The position numbers and the translations under genes were made by a program. Of a stretch of 64,000 nucleotides of DNA, positions 53,973 to 64,000 are shown one piece after another (position 1 is the first letter of the stretch; each line of letters begins with the position of its first letter). Source of the DNA: Paenisporosarcina sp. (GTDB lineage Bacteria; Bacillota; Bacilli; Bacillales_A; Planococcaceae); NCBI GenBank assembly GCA_048976825.1, contig JBHGUT010000034.1, positions 1,129 to 65,128 of the forward strand, in the 5' to 3' direction. The notes beneath the pieces are model-generated. The model saw only the letters and a program-made list of their open reading frames with translations. It made no database searches and was not told the origin of the DNA.

Positions 53973-54740
53973 TTACCCGGTAACCGGTTGACGATTACGG
54001 AGAACTTCATACATCAGTAGGGCAGCTGCAACAGATGCATTAAGAGAAGTAACTTTTCCTACCATTGGCATGTGGTAAAGAAAATCACATTTTTCTTTCA
54101 GAAGTCTACTCATACCTTTTCCTTCGCTACCAATAATGACAGCAAGCGGCAATTTTGCATCCATACGTCGATAGTCCGCTGATCCCTTCGCGTCAGTTCC
54201 AGCTATCCATACTCCACGTTTTTTTAAGTCATCGACCGTCTGAGCTAAGTTTCCAACACGGACGACTGGAATATGCTCAATTGCGCCGGTAGAAGTTTTC
54301 GCCACTACAGCAGTTAATCCAACTGCACGACGTTTAGGAATAATAACACCGTGAACTCCTGTTGCATCAGCAGTTCTTAAAATTGATCCTAAGTTATGGG
54401 GATCTTCTAACTCATCTAAGATTAAAAAGAAGGGATCTTCATTTCTTGATAAGGCACTTTCAAATAATTCATCTAACTCAGCATAGCGATAAGCTGCGAC
54501 CGAAGCCGCAATTCCTTGATGATTCGCACCATCCGTTAACTGGTCCACTTTGTTTTTCGGTACAAATTGAACAATGATTCCAGCTTCTCTAGCCAATTGC
54601 AAGAGTTCAGCAACACCCGCTTTTTTTACACCTTCTGCAATCCACACTTTATTCATTTCTCTCCCTGATCGGAGTGCTTCAAGTACTGGATTTTTACCGG
54701 CTAATATCTCATTTGTCGGTTCTACTGTTGGTTCAGTCAT
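53973..54740 (-). CDS. rlmB: 23S rRNA Gm2251 methyltransferase (TrmH family, YacO)
   Basis: [25 protein letters not shown]. Confidence 0.95.
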   Translation of the reverse strand: MTEPTVEPTNEILAGKNPVLEALRSGREMNKVWIAEGVKKAGVAELLQLAREAGIIVQFVPKNKVDQLTDGANHQGIAASVAAYRYAELDELFESALSRNEDPFFLILDELEDPHNLGSILRTADATGVHGVIIPKRRAVGLTAVVAKTSTGAIEHIPVVRVGNLAQTVDDLKKRGVWIAGTDAKGSADYRRMDAKLPLAVIIGSEGKGMSRLLKEKCDFLYHMPMVGKVTSLNASVAAALLMYEVLRNRQPVTG

Positions 54741-55165
54741 ATCGTCGTTTCTCCTCTCGGTTTTTCAATCGTCAGAATGGCTTTCTCTATTATTTCTCGG
54801 ACACGCTCCGACTGCTCTTGCAAATACAAGCTTCCAATTACAGCCTCGAATCCTGTGCTATATTTATACGTTTGTAAATCTGTATTTTTAGGAACTGAAC
54901 CCGACTTAGCGTTACGTCCTCTTCGAAGTATCGCTTCCTCTTCTTCAGACAAAAAATTTTCTTGAAGCATGACATGAACCACTTGAGCTTGAGCTTTAGC
55001 CGATACGTACTTGGTTGCTTCTTTGTGCAGCGTATTGGGTTTAACACGCCCTGAGCGGAGGAGATGTTCTCGAACATATTGTTCCAAAACAGCATCCCCC
55101 ATATACGCAAGGGCTAACGAATTAAGTTGTTTCACATCAGCTGTTCGAAGTGTGTATTCTCTCAT
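54737..55165 (-). CDS. mrnC: Mini-ribonuclease III
   Basis: [21 protein letters not shown]. Confidence 0.96.
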   Translation of the reverse strand: MREYTLRTADVKQLNSLALAYMGDAVLEQYVREHLLRSGRVKPNTLHKEATKYVSAKAQAQVVHVMLQENFLSEEEEAILRRGRNAKSGSVPKNTDLQTYKYSTGFEAVIGSLYLQEQSERVREIIEKAILTIEKPRGETTI

Positions 55166-56562
55166 CCGCGCTTCCACCGTATGCCTTGTGCTGTGTCCTC
55201 TAATATAATATTCAAATCTCTCAATTGATCACGAATTTCATCCGCACGTTTAAAGTTTTTTTCTTTTCTTGCTTGAATTCTCTCTTCAATCAAAGCATCG
55301 ATTTCCCCATCGAGCACTTCTTCATTCACTTCCACTTCAAGTCCTAACACACCTGCGAGTTCTTTTGACGTTTCCATGAATGCCTTTAATACATCTGCTT
55401 GTGTATGCTTTTCAATCAAATACGTATTTGCTAAAGTTGCGAGTTCAAACAAGGTTGCAACTCCGTTAGCAGTATTAAAATCATCATCCATCGCATTTTT
55501 AAATTGCCTGCGTATACCTTCAAGTTTGTGTATCCAAATATCCGCATGATCTCCAAGTTCGGGTGCCGCTTCTAATCGGTGCGCTAAATTTGCATACGAA
55601 GTTCGTATACGATCAAGTCCCGCTTCAGCATGTTCAACTAGTTCTTGAGAGAAGTTAATTGGGTTACGATAATGAACAGACAACATAAAGAAACGCAATA
55701 CTTGCGGGTCAATTTGTTTACGAATGTCATTCACTAGTACAAAATTCCCCAGTGACTTCGACATTTTTTCATTATCAATATTAATATACCCATTATGCAT
55801 CCAATATCGTGCAAATTGTTTGCCGGTATAAGCTTCAGACTGTGCAATTTCATTTTCATGATGCGGGAAGGTTAAGTCTTGACCACCTGCGTGAATATCA
55901 ATTGTATCGCCTAAAATTTCCCGAGCCATCACTGAACACTCGATATGCCAACCCGGACGCCCATTACCCCATGGACTTTCCCAGAAAATCTCCCCTGGCT
56001 TCGCATCTTTCCATAAAGCAAAATCGAGTGCATCTTCTTTCTTTTCACCTGTTTCAATTCTTGCACCAATTTTCAAATCATCCACTGACTGATGAGACAA
56101 TTTCCCATAGCCATCAAACTTACGTGTTCGGTAATAAACATCCCCTTGCGACTCATAAGCGTATCCTTTTTTAATTAAAACTTCGATAAACTCTATGATG
56201 GCATCCATATATTCCGTTACACGAGGATGCGAATCCGCTTTTTGGCAACCGAGCGCCATCACGTCTTCAAAATACGCGGCAATAAAGCGATCTGTTAGTT
56301 CCGATACGTCTTCTCCCAACTGGTTGGCTGTCTTGATGATTTTATCGTCCACATCCGTGAAATTAGATACGAAATTCACTTCGTATCCACGATACGTTAA
56401 ATAGCGACGAACTGTATCATAGACAATTACTGGACGTGAATTTCCAATGTGAATGTAATTGTAAACAGTCGGACCACATACATACATTTTGACCTTTCCT
56501 TCTTCAAGTGGAACAAACAGTTCCTTACTACGTGTTAACGTATTATAAATATGAATACTCAT
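55162..56562 (-). CDS. cysS: Cysteine--tRNA ligase
   Basis: CGPTVY, HIGN, GWHIEC, KMSKS. Confidence 0.99.
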   Translation of the reverse strand: MSIHIYNTLTRSKELFVPLEEGKVKMYVCGPTVYNYIHIGNSRPVIVYDTVRRYLTYRGYEVNFVSNFTDVDDKIIKTANQLGEDVSELTDRFIAAYFEDVMALGCQKADSHPRVTEYMDAIIEFIEVLIKKGYAYESQGDVYYRTRKFDGYGKLSHQSVDDLKIGARIETGEKKEDALDFALWKDAKPGEIFWESPWGNGRPGWHIECSVMAREILGDTIDIHAGGQDLTFPHHENEIAQSEAYTGKQFARYWMHNGYINIDNEKMSKSLGNFVLVNDIRKQIDPQVLRFFMLSVHYRNPINFSQELVEHAEAGLDRIRTSYANLAHRLEAAPELGDHADIWIHKLEGIRRQFKNAMDDDFNTANGVATLFELATLANTYLIEKHTQADVLKAFMETSKELAGVLGLEVEVNEEVLDGEIDALIEERIQARKEKNFKRADEIRDQLRDLNIILEDTAQGIRWKRG

Positions 56563-57221
56563 TTTACACTTCGCCCCTTTTCAAGTTCTAAACTTAGACG
56601 ATTCACTGCATCTTGAAGAATCGCAATTTTACCCTCCAACATATTGCATTTATCCGCAACGGGATCCGGCATATCTTGGTGATCTAAGTTCCTTCTCACT
56701 TTAATGCCATCCTGTATAACAACCGTACCCGGAATCCCAACTACTGTAGCATTAGCTGGGACATCTTTTAAAACAACCGAGCCAGCACCTACTTTACTAT
56801 TTTCCCCAATCGTAATATCTCCGAGGACTTTGGCGCCAGTTGCTACTAGCACATTATCATGAAGCGTTGGATGACGTTTACCACACTCTTTACCAGTACC
56901 ACCGAGTGTCACTCCTTGGAAAATAGTAACCCCGTCCCCAATTACACACGTTTCACCTATGACAACACCCATTCCGTGATCAATAAAGAAACGATGGCCA
57001 ATTACTGCTCCAGGATGGATTTCAATCCCTGTAAAAAAACGACTTATTTGTGAAACAGCCCGTGCAAGGAAAAAGAATTTTCGTTTGAATAGTGCGTGTG
57101 CAATACGATGTGACCAAATTGCATGTAAACCCGAATAGGTCAGAACCACTTCAAACACACTTCTGGCAGCTGGATCTTGTTCAAATACGACGTCAATATC
57201 TGCTTTCATACGTGAAAACAT
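56559..57221 (-). CDS. cysE: Serine O-acetyltransferase
   Basis: DPAARS, EIHPGA, IDHGMG, GKRHP. Confidence 0.98.
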   Translation of the reverse strand: MFSRMKADIDVVFEQDPAARSVFEVVLTYSGLHAIWSHRIAHALFKRKFFFLARAVSQISRFFTGIEIHPGAVIGHRFFIDHGMGVVIGETCVIGDGVTIFQGVTLGGTGKECGKRHPTLHDNVLVATGAKVLGDITIGENSKVGAGSVVLKDVPANATVVGIPGTVVIQDGIKVRRNLDHQDMPDPVADKCNMLEGKIAILQDAVNRLSLELEKGRSVK

Positions 57222-57244
57222 GTTCGGTTCCTCCTTTTTAAGAC

Positions 57245-57496
57245 AAAATAAAAAGCGTCCCTGTCATTGACTGACAGAGACGCATTATGCGCGGTTCCAC
57301 TCTGGTTGAAAGGACAATTGTACACGTCACTTTCCGCTTGAAGTCTGTAACGAAGACGATACGGCTAGCTTACTGAATTTTTCAGCTTAGCGCTCAGAGG
57401 TGCATTTCCATAAGATGTTTAGCTCAGACCACTTTCAGCCGGTGGTGGTCCTCTCTAAAGAGCGCGCCTTACGTACTTCTCCTCATCAAAGCTTTT
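57245..57496 (-). promoter_or_regulatory. T-box riboswitch (Cys specifier UGC)
   Basis: AGAGTGGAACCGCG T-box (57290-57303), GCTGAAA stem I loop, GAAA-TGC specifier (57402-57404), terminator hairpin. Confidence 0.93.
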
Positions 57497-57619
57497 AGTT
57501 GTTAATATCATTTTTACAGCTTATGCGAAAATAACTTTTCGATTCACCTGTAAATGTTAAGTCAAAATGACTACTACACTTCTCTTAAAAGATAGCTTCA
57601 TCCTAAAAGAAAGTCAATA

Positions 57620-59083
57620 TTATTGTTTCGCGTATTTCTCGACTCGAGCGATAACTTTTTCTTTGCCGATTAATGCAATCGCATTTGGTAGTTCAGGTCC
57701 GTGCGTTTGACCCGTCGTCACAACACGAATTGGCATGAATAAATTCTTGCCTTTATGTCCTGTTTCTTTTTGGACTGTTTTGATTGCCGCTTTAATTGCT
57801 TCAGGTTCCAAGGTTTCCATTTGCTCAAGTTGCGTTTTAAATGCAGCCATGACCTCCGGTACTTGTTCACCCTCCAAAACAGCAGTCGCTTCTTCATCAT
57901 ATGTCAATTCTTCTTTAAAGAATAGGTCAGTTAACTCAGTAATTTCAGCACCATAACTCATTTGGTCATGATAAAGCGCTATAACATCTGTTGCCCATTG
58001 TTTTTCTTCAGCAGTTAATGTTTCAGGCAAGCGACCTGCTTTTTGTAGATGCGGTAATGCCAAATCAACCACTTGTTCTAGAGGTAATTGTTTTACATAT
58101 TGGTTATTCATCCAGGTAAGCTTTTGTTTATCGAACATCGATGGTGATTTAGATAACCGATTCACATCAAAAAGACGAATAAATTCTTCTTTCGAGAAAA
58201 TTTCATCTTCCCCTTCAGGAGACCAACCAAGAAGACCGAAGAAATTGAACATCGCTTCAGGAATATACCCAAGATCTTTATATTGTGCGATAAACTGAAT
58301 AATTGATTCATCACGTTTTGATAATTTTTTGCGACTTTCATTAATTATCAATGTCATATGGCCAAATTTTGGTGCTTCCCAACCAAATGCGTCAAAAACC
58401 ATCATTTGTTTTGGCGTATTTGATAAATGCTCTTCTCCGCGGAATACATGAGAAATTTCCATGAAATAGTCATCTAAGACAACCGCATAGTTGTACGTCG
58501 GAATGCCATTCGCTTTCACTAGTACCCAGTCACCCACATCTTTTGATTCGAATGAAACCGGTCCACGCACTAAATCTTCGAATGTGTACGTAACGTTTTC
58601 TGGAACACGCATGCGGATTGTATATGGCATGCCTGATTCTTCCTTCGTTCTCACTTCGTCAGCAGAAAGGTTACGACAGCGACCGTTATACATAGGTGCA
58701 GCAACACCTCTAGCTTTTTGCGCATCACGCTCAAGCTCTAACTCCTCAGATGTACAGAAGCATTTATATGCATGCCCTTTTTCAAGCATTTCTTCACCAT
58801 GTTTTTTGTAAATGTCCAAACGTTCCATTTGACGATAAGGTGCATAAGGACCACCAATATCAACAGACTCATCATAGTCAATTCCAAGCCATCTTAAATT
58901 TTCAAGTTGCGATAGTTCGCCACCTTCGATATTCCGTTCAATGTCCGTATCTTCAATACGAACAATAAATTTCCCACCGTGATGGCGAGCAAACAAATAG
59001 TTAAATAATGCGGTACGTGCTCCACCAATATGTAAATTCCCTGTAGGACTTGGTGCGTAGCGAACTCGGACTTCTTGTGTCAT
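57620..59083 (-). CDS. gltX: Glutamate--tRNA ligase
   Basis: [17 protein letters not shown]. Confidence 0.99.
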   Translation of the reverse strand: MTQEVRVRYAPSPTGNLHIGGARTALFNYLFARHHGGKFIVRIEDTDIERNIEGGELSQLENLRWLGIDYDESVDIGGPYAPYRQMERLDIYKKHGEEMLEKGHAYKCFCTSEELELERDAQKARGVAAPMYNGRCRNLSADEVRTKEESGMPYTIRMRVPENVTYTFEDLVRGPVSFESKDVGDWVLVKANGIPTYNYAVVLDDYFMEISHVFRGEEHLSNTPKQMMVFDAFGWEAPKFGHMTLIINESRKKLSKRDESIIQFIAQYKDLGYIPEAMFNFFGLLGWSPEGEDEIFSKEEFIRLFDVNRLSKSPSMFDKQKLTWMNNQYVKQLPLEQVVDLALPHLQKAGRLPETLTAEEKQWATDVIALYHDQMSYGAEITELTDLFFKEELTYDEEATAVLEGEQVPEVMAAFKTQLEQMETLEPEAIKAAIKTVQKETGHKGKNLFMPIRVVTTGQTHGPELPNAIALIGKEKVIARVEKYAKQ

Positions 59084-59135
59084 GGTAGTTCCTCCTTGAA
59101 TCTTACTGAACTTTGTTCATTTTAACACGTTCACG

Positions 59136-59612
59136 TTAGTTTTGTATGAGTAATATTGTAGCCTGTGCTGCGATTCCTTCTCCACGTCCTGTAAATCCGA
59201 GTTTTTCTGTCGTTGTCGCTTTGACATTTACTTGTGACGAATCTGCATTTAGCAGTTTAGCAATTTGTTCACGCATTTGTGGAATGTAGGGAGCCATTTT
59301 AGGTGCTTGGGCAATGATCGTACAATCAACATTCCCTAGTTTGTACCCTTTTTCTTCCACGATACGCCATATATATGCAAGTAACTTGGCAGAATCCGCA
59401 TCTTTAAATTCCGGATCTGTATCAGGAAAATGTCTTCCAATATCTCCTTCACCAATTGCACCAAGTGCCGCGTCCGTTACTGTATGTAATAAAACATCGG
59501 CATCTGAATGCCCAATTAACCCTTTTTCATAAGGAATCGTCACGCCTCCTATAATAAGCGGTCGATTTTCAGCAAATTCATGTACATCAAACCCTTGTCC
59601 AACTCGAAACAT
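59136..59612 (-). CDS. ispF: MEcPP synthase
   Basis: [23 protein letters not shown]. Confidence 0.98.
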   Translation of the reverse strand: MFRVGQGFDVHEFAENRPLIIGGVTIPYEKGLIGHSDADVLLHTVTDAALGAIGEGDIGRHFPDTDPEFKDADSAKLLAYIWRIVEEKGYKLGNVDCTIIAQAPKMAPYIPQMREQIAKLLNADSSQVNVKATTTEKLGFTGRGEGIAAQATILLIQN

Positions 59613-60305
59613 TTAATCTTCCCCCTGCTCCCGTTTTTGTAGAATGGCTTCACCAATAAGTAAATCTTCTCGTGTAGTAATTTTGACATTATCGTACGTA
59701 CTTTCCACTACATGAACTGGTAAACCGAGACGTTCAACAAGCATCGACTCATCTGTTCCAAGAAATTGATCTTGTTCTGCTTGTTTTTCCGCATTTGCTA
59801 AGATGTCATAGCGAAATGCTTGTGGCGTTTGAATCATCCACAATTCTTCCCGATTGAGGGTTACTTCAATAACTCCATTTTGAACTTTTTTCATCGTATC
59901 TTTAGCCTTCACCCCAGCTATGGCAGCGCCTGTTTTTGCAGCACGTTTTGTTAATTCTAAAATAACTCTTGGTTCAATGAACGGTCTTGCTGCATCGTGT
60001 ACTAAGATCAGATCCGCACCCGCTGATGCTTGAACGCATGCAAATACGCTATGTTGACGTTCGGCTCCTCCATCGGGCATACCCTTCACTTTTGTGATAT
60101 TAAATTCTTCCAGCATGTGCTGGATGGTTTCACGCTCATCCGGTTTTACCGCAAGCCAAATTTCTGTACAATTTGAATCTTGTTCAAAGACACGTAGCGT
60201 GTGAATGAGAATCGGAATATTTCGCAACTTCAAAAACAACTTATTTTGACCCGCTCCCATTCTCTTTCCACTTCCAGCAGCAGGTAACACCACAACATAC
60301 TCCAT
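59613..60305 (-). CDS. ispD: MEP cytidylyltransferase
   Basis: PAAGSGKRM, VHDAARP, QTPQAF. Confidence 0.98.
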   Translation of the reverse strand: MEYVVVLPAAGSGKRMGAGQNKLFLKLRNIPILIHTLRVFEQDSNCTEIWLAVKPDERETIQHMLEEFNITKVKGMPDGGAERQHSVFACVQASAGADLILVHDAARPFIEPRVILELTKRAAKTGAAIAGVKAKDTMKKVQNGVIEVTLNREELWMIQTPQAFRYDILANAEKQAEQDQFLGTDESMLVERLGLPVHVVESTYDNVKITTREDLLIGEAILQKREQGED

Positions 60306-60460
60306 CCAGTCTCACTCCATATCATGGAAAAGGAGGCCGTCTCATTGGTCATATGTTACGACGAAAGAGATCAGCCTCTTATTATTTTCAACTTCTTAGA
60401 TAGTATCTTTATTCACGAAGTAAAATCGTTCGTGAGAATTTACGCGTTTATATCAAAAAA

Positions 60461-61537
60461 CTATTTCGTTTTTGCGAAAATCATTCGGCCTGCAGATGTT
60501 TGTAACACACTCGTGACAACCACGTTAATCGCTTGACCAATATACGATTTTCCGTCTTCAACAACAATCATGGTTCCGTCGTCTAAATACGCGACACCTT
60601 GGTTTTGCTCTTTACCGTCTTTAATGACCACAATATGCATGTCTTCACCCGGAATAACAACGGGTTTTACAGCATTCGCTAGGTCATTAATATTCAGTAC
60701 CGGCACTTTGTGAAGGTCACAAACTTTATTTAAATTAAAATCATTCGTTACAACGACTCCACCCATTTTTTTAGCGAGACGAACTAGTTTCAAATCGACT
60801 TCAGTTATATCATCAAAATCTTCTTCCGTTATTAATACAGCAGATGAACGCTCGTTTTGAAGAACCTTAAGAACATCAAGCCCACGACGTCCACGCGTTC
60901 GTTTTAACGTGTCAGACGAATCGGCAATATGCTGTAGTTCTGTTAAAACGAATTGAGGAACAACCAGCACACCTTCAATAAAACCAGTGGAAGAAATATC
61001 AGAAATACGTCCATCAATAATGACACTTGTGTCCAATAACTTATAAGAAGCTTGTTGCAAGTCTTGAGAAGAATCCCCTATTTTTTTCTTAAGAGATTGG
61101 GTCTTATTCATTGTGAAAATTTGGATTAACTCTTCTCGCTTTTGGAAACCCACTCGAAAGCCTAGATAACCTAAAATTATCGTCAATAATACCGGCAAGA
61201 CAGAAGTAATAACTGGAAGTTGAATTGCATTAACCGCAAAGTTCAGTAAAAATGCCACACTTAACCCGATGATTAAACCAATAGTCCCAAATAACAAATC
61301 TCCAATTGGTGCCTTTAACAAGCGATCTTCCATCCATTTCATAAAGTTGATTAAATAATCCGTCGTAAACAATGCAAGGACATACAACAAGATGGTCCCG
61401 AATAAGACAGAAACGTAGGGATTGTTAATCCACGGGTTAGGGGATAAATTAATAAGCTCGTATAATTGCGGTAATAAAAGTAACCCGAGTGTTCCACCAA
61501 TCAATATAAATGTAATTTGAATAATCCACTTTAACAC
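60461..61537 (-). CDS. yacL: Membrane PIN/TRAM domain protein YacL
   Basis: LLDTSVIIDGRI, TNDFNLNKV, LQTSAGRMIFA. Confidence 0.95.
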   Translation of the reverse strand: MLKWIIQITFILIGGTLGLLLLPQLYELINLSPNPWINNPYVSVLFGTILLYVLALFTTDYLINFMKWMEDRLLKAPIGDLLFGTIGLIIGLSVAFLLNFAVNAIQLPVITSVLPVLLTIILGYLGFRVGFQKREELIQIFTMNKTQSLKKKIGDSSQDLQQASYKLLDTSVIIDGRISDISSTGFIEGVLVVPQFVLTELQHIADSSDTLKRTRGRRGLDVLKVLQNERSSAVLITEEDFDDITEVDLKLVRLAKKMGGVVVTNDFNLNKVCDLHKVPVLNINDLANAVKPVVIPGEDMHIVVIKDGKEQNQGVAYLDDGTMIVVEDGKSYIGQAINVVVTSVLQTSAGRMIFAKTK

Positions 61538-61590
61538 ATGCCCACCTCCTGATTTTGATTATACACGTTTTCATTTGGAAACACCTTTAT

Positions 61591-61617
61591 GACGTAAGTG
61601 CAATACGTAAAGTTGCG
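61591..61617 (-). promoter_or_regulatory. Possible ECF-sigma (sigma-M-like) promoter of yacL
   Basis: CGCAAC-N17-CGTC. Confidence 0.3.
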
Positions 61618-61830
61618 TCAAATGGAGGACACAGAATTACCAACTGTTAATATACTTCTATTAATAGTTGGTTAATCTTCCTTGCAAAACTCTTCTCATA
61701 TTCCCATTTGAACGTTAGACAGCCCTTAGATGGTTACTCTTCAGGTGGATTACTTTATTCGACAATTTTGCCATTTCACTCTTCAAACCATCTCATATGC
61801 GACTAAAAGCTAAAAAACCTTCCCTCCTCT

Positions 61831-63207
61831 TTACGAATGAGGGAAAGCCTCTTTTAATGCATCATTTACAGATTCAACGCCTACCACTTGAATCCCCTTC
61901 GGATAATCCCATCCACCTAAGTTAGATGCTGGAATAATGGCTCGTTTAAAACCGAGTTTCGCCGCTTCTTGCACACGTTGTTCCACGCGAGATACTCGGC
62001 GTACTTCGCCCGTTAACCCTACTTCTCCAATGAAACAATCATGCGCACTTACTGCAACATCGCGATAACTCGAGACAATGGTCGTCAAAACAGCTAAATC
62101 AATGGCAGGCTCGTCCAACTTAACACCGCCAGCCACCTTAATGTAGGCATCCTGCGTTTGAAGCAACATTCCCATTCGCTTTTCCAAAACAGCCATTAGT
62201 AGCTGCACTCGATTTTGATCAATGCCACTCGCCATTCGTTTTGGGTAATTAAAGCTTGTTGGTGTTACCAACGCTTGAATCTCTACTAAAATTGGACGCG
62301 TCCCCTCCATCGAAGCTACAACAGTCGATCCTGCTGCCCCTTGCGAACGCTCTTGTAAAAACAACTCGGAAGGATTTAGCACTTCTTTTAATCCACCCTG
62401 TAACATTTCAAATATAGCAATCTCGTTCGTAGAACCAAATCTATTTTTCTGCGACCGTAAAATGCGATACGTATGATGACGTTCTCCTTCAAAATACAAC
62501 ACCGTATCCACCATATGTTCTAACAATCGAGGTCCAGCGATTTGGCCTTCTTTTGTTACATGTCCTACTAGGAAAATCGCAATATTTTTCGTTTTAGCAA
62601 TCCGCATTAACTCTGCTGTACATTCCCTTACTTGCGACACACTTCCAGGGGCAGATGACACTTCAGGGTGATGGACGGTTTGAATAGAGTCGATAATGAC
62701 GAATTTCGGTTCAACACTATCAATCGCCTCGTTAACTAGTTCTAAATTTGTTTCGGAGTATATATAGAGTTCAGCAGATGTGACACCTAAGCGCTCTGCA
62801 CGTAATTTAGTTTGACGAACAGATTCTTCACCAGACATATATAAGACACGCTGACCTTTATTTGCGAGCAATGCCGACACCTGGAGCAATAAAGTCGACT
62901 TGCCGATACCAGGATCTCCACCAATTAACACGAGTGATCCAGGAACAATCCCTCCTCCTAAAACTCGGTTTAACTCTGCTAAATCGGTATCAACACGTGG
63001 TTCTTCTGCAATTTCAATCGCTGTGATGGGTGTTGCTTTTTGCGTAGTACTTTCTGAATGTTGAAAAGATCGACGAGGTCCTTTAACGACCACTTCTACT
63101 TCTTCAACCATCGTATTCCACTCCCCACATCCTGGACAACGGCCCATCCATTTTGCAGACTCGTAGCCGCATGAATTACACATAAACTTCGTTTTACGTT
63201 TGGCCAT
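61831..63207 (-). CDS. radA: DNA repair protein RadA/Sms
   Basis: C4 zinc finger, [14 protein letters not shown]; ATG at 63207 after AGGAGG. Confidence 0.98.
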   Translation of the reverse strand: MAKRKTKFMCNSCGYESAKWMGRCPGCGEWNTMVEEVEVVVKGPRRSFQHSESTTQKATPITAIEIAEEPRVDTDLAELNRVLGGGIVPGSLVLIGGDPGIGKSTLLLQVSALLANKGQRVLYMSGEESVRQTKLRAERLGVTSAELYIYSETNLELVNEAIDSVEPKFVIIDSIQTVHHPEVSSAPGSVSQVRECTAELMRIAKTKNIAIFLVGHVTKEGQIAGPRLLEHMVDTVLYFEGERHHTYRILRSQKNRFGSTNEIAIFEMLQGGLKEVLNPSELFLQERSQGAAGSTVVASMEGTRPILVEIQALVTPTSFNYPKRMASGIDQNRVQLLMAVLEKRMGMLLQTQDAYIKVAGGVKLDEPAIDLAVLTTIVSSYRDVAVSAHDCFIGEVGLTGEVRRVSRVEQRVQEAAKLGFKRAIIPASNLGGWDYPKGIQVVGVESVNDALKEAFPHS

Positions 63208-63415
63208 AGTTCCTCCTATAAGAAAAGCGCATAGCGCCGTTTTAGTTCGCAACCAATCAAAAAAATGTTTTCGTAAAGGTAGGGAGGACATATTCCCGAC
63301 ATCGAGCCGGGTTTCCTCCATCATGCTCAGCAGGCATAAGCTTAATTTCTCTAGCTCAATGAGCTAAACATTGCTGTTAAAACAATACATAAAAACTATA
63401 CTTCTTATTCTATAG

Positions 63416-63455
63416 AAAAAGGGACATTCCGCACAAATCTTTTCGGAATGCCCCT
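63416..63455 (-). terminator. clpC terminator
   Basis: AGGGACATTCCG...CGGAATGCCCCT with A-tract. Confidence 0.75.
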
Positions 63456-63460
63456 ACATC

Positions 63461-64000
63461 TTACTCTGTTATTACTGCTTCACCTTTTGCTTTTTTCGCT
63501 TTAGCCTTAGCTTTTGTATGGATAACAAATTCATCATTCTCAACATCAAAAACAATATTTTGCCCTGTTAATACTTCGCCTTTTAATAACTCTTCTGACA
63601 AGCGATCTTCCACATGTTTTTGAAGAGCTCGGCGGAGAGGACGTGCACCGTACTCTGGGTCGTATCCTTCTTTCGCAATTTTCAATTGCGCAGCTTCTGT
63701 TAACTCAAGTTCGATTTCTTGTTCTTTCAAACGTGTTGTTAAAGTAGTCGTCATTAAGGTAACGATTTCTTTTAAGTGCTCTTTTTCTAGGGAATGGAAC
63801 ACAATCATTTCATCTACACGGTTTAGGAACTCTGGACGGAATGCTTTTTTCAATTCTTCAAGCATTCTACCTTTCATATCCTTGTATTTTTGTTCACCGT
63901 CTTGCAAGTTAAAGCCTACATATTTGTTTTTCTTAAGTGCTTCTGCCCCAACGTTTGAAGTCATAATGACCACCGTGTTACGGAAGTCCACTGTTCGACC
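63461..64000 (-). CDS. clpC: ATP-dependent Clp protease ATPase ClpC (3' part only)
   Basis: VDFRNTVVIMTSNVG, FRPEFLNR, YGARPLRR; upstream of radA. Confidence 0.95.
   Translation of the reverse strand, partial: GRTVDFRNTVVIMTSNVGAEALKKNKYVGFNLQDGEQKYKDMKGRMLEELKKAFRPEFLNRVDEMIVFHSLEKEHLKEIVTLMTTTLTTRLKEQEIELELTEAAQLKIAKEGYDPEYGARPLRRALQKHVEDRLSEELLKGEVLTGQNIVFDVENDEFVIHTKAKAKAKKAKGEAVITE

Noticed and set aside
63208-63324. N-terminal extensions of RadA (also SigH, RpoC, RplK, EcfT, GvpA) in the ORF track
   Set aside because: Longest-ORF artefacts; downstream starts have clear Shine-Dalgarno sequences or match known N-termini.

Overview
Core chromosome of a spore-forming Bacillales, probably Planococcaceae/Caryophanaceae (inferred from gene order and protein sequences). 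Nearly all genes are on the minus strand. From right to left: clpC(3')-radA-yacL-ispDF-gltX-T-box-cysES-mrnC-rlmB-rae1-sigH-rpmG-secE-nusG-rplKAJL-ybxB-rpoBC-ybxF-rpsLG-fusA-tuf, then the S10/spc/alpha ribosomal cluster, ecfA1A2T-truA-rplM-rpsI, accessory genes, cwlD-mrp, gerD(+) and kbaA. The main accessory feature is an ~8.5 kb genomic island (7270-15796) integrated into the 3' end of rpsI. It is bounded by a 64-bp direct repeat and carries all 14 genes of a Bacillus megaterium-type gas vesicle cluster (gvpAPQBRNFGLSKJTU; gvpP frameshifted, GvpT with a long acidic expansion) plus a truncated tyrosine integrase with arm-site-like repeats. Other notable observations: the integration appears to have swapped the S9 C-terminal tail; a LysM gene is broken by an exact 11-bp tandem duplication; a ~420-nt structured adk-infA spacer sits where map normally lies; S12 carries streptomycin-resistance-type residues (K56R, P104A); and a decayed YuiF-type transporter lies between tuf and rpsJ. 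No rRNA, tRNA or CRISPR array was seen. All calls are by eye, without database searches.
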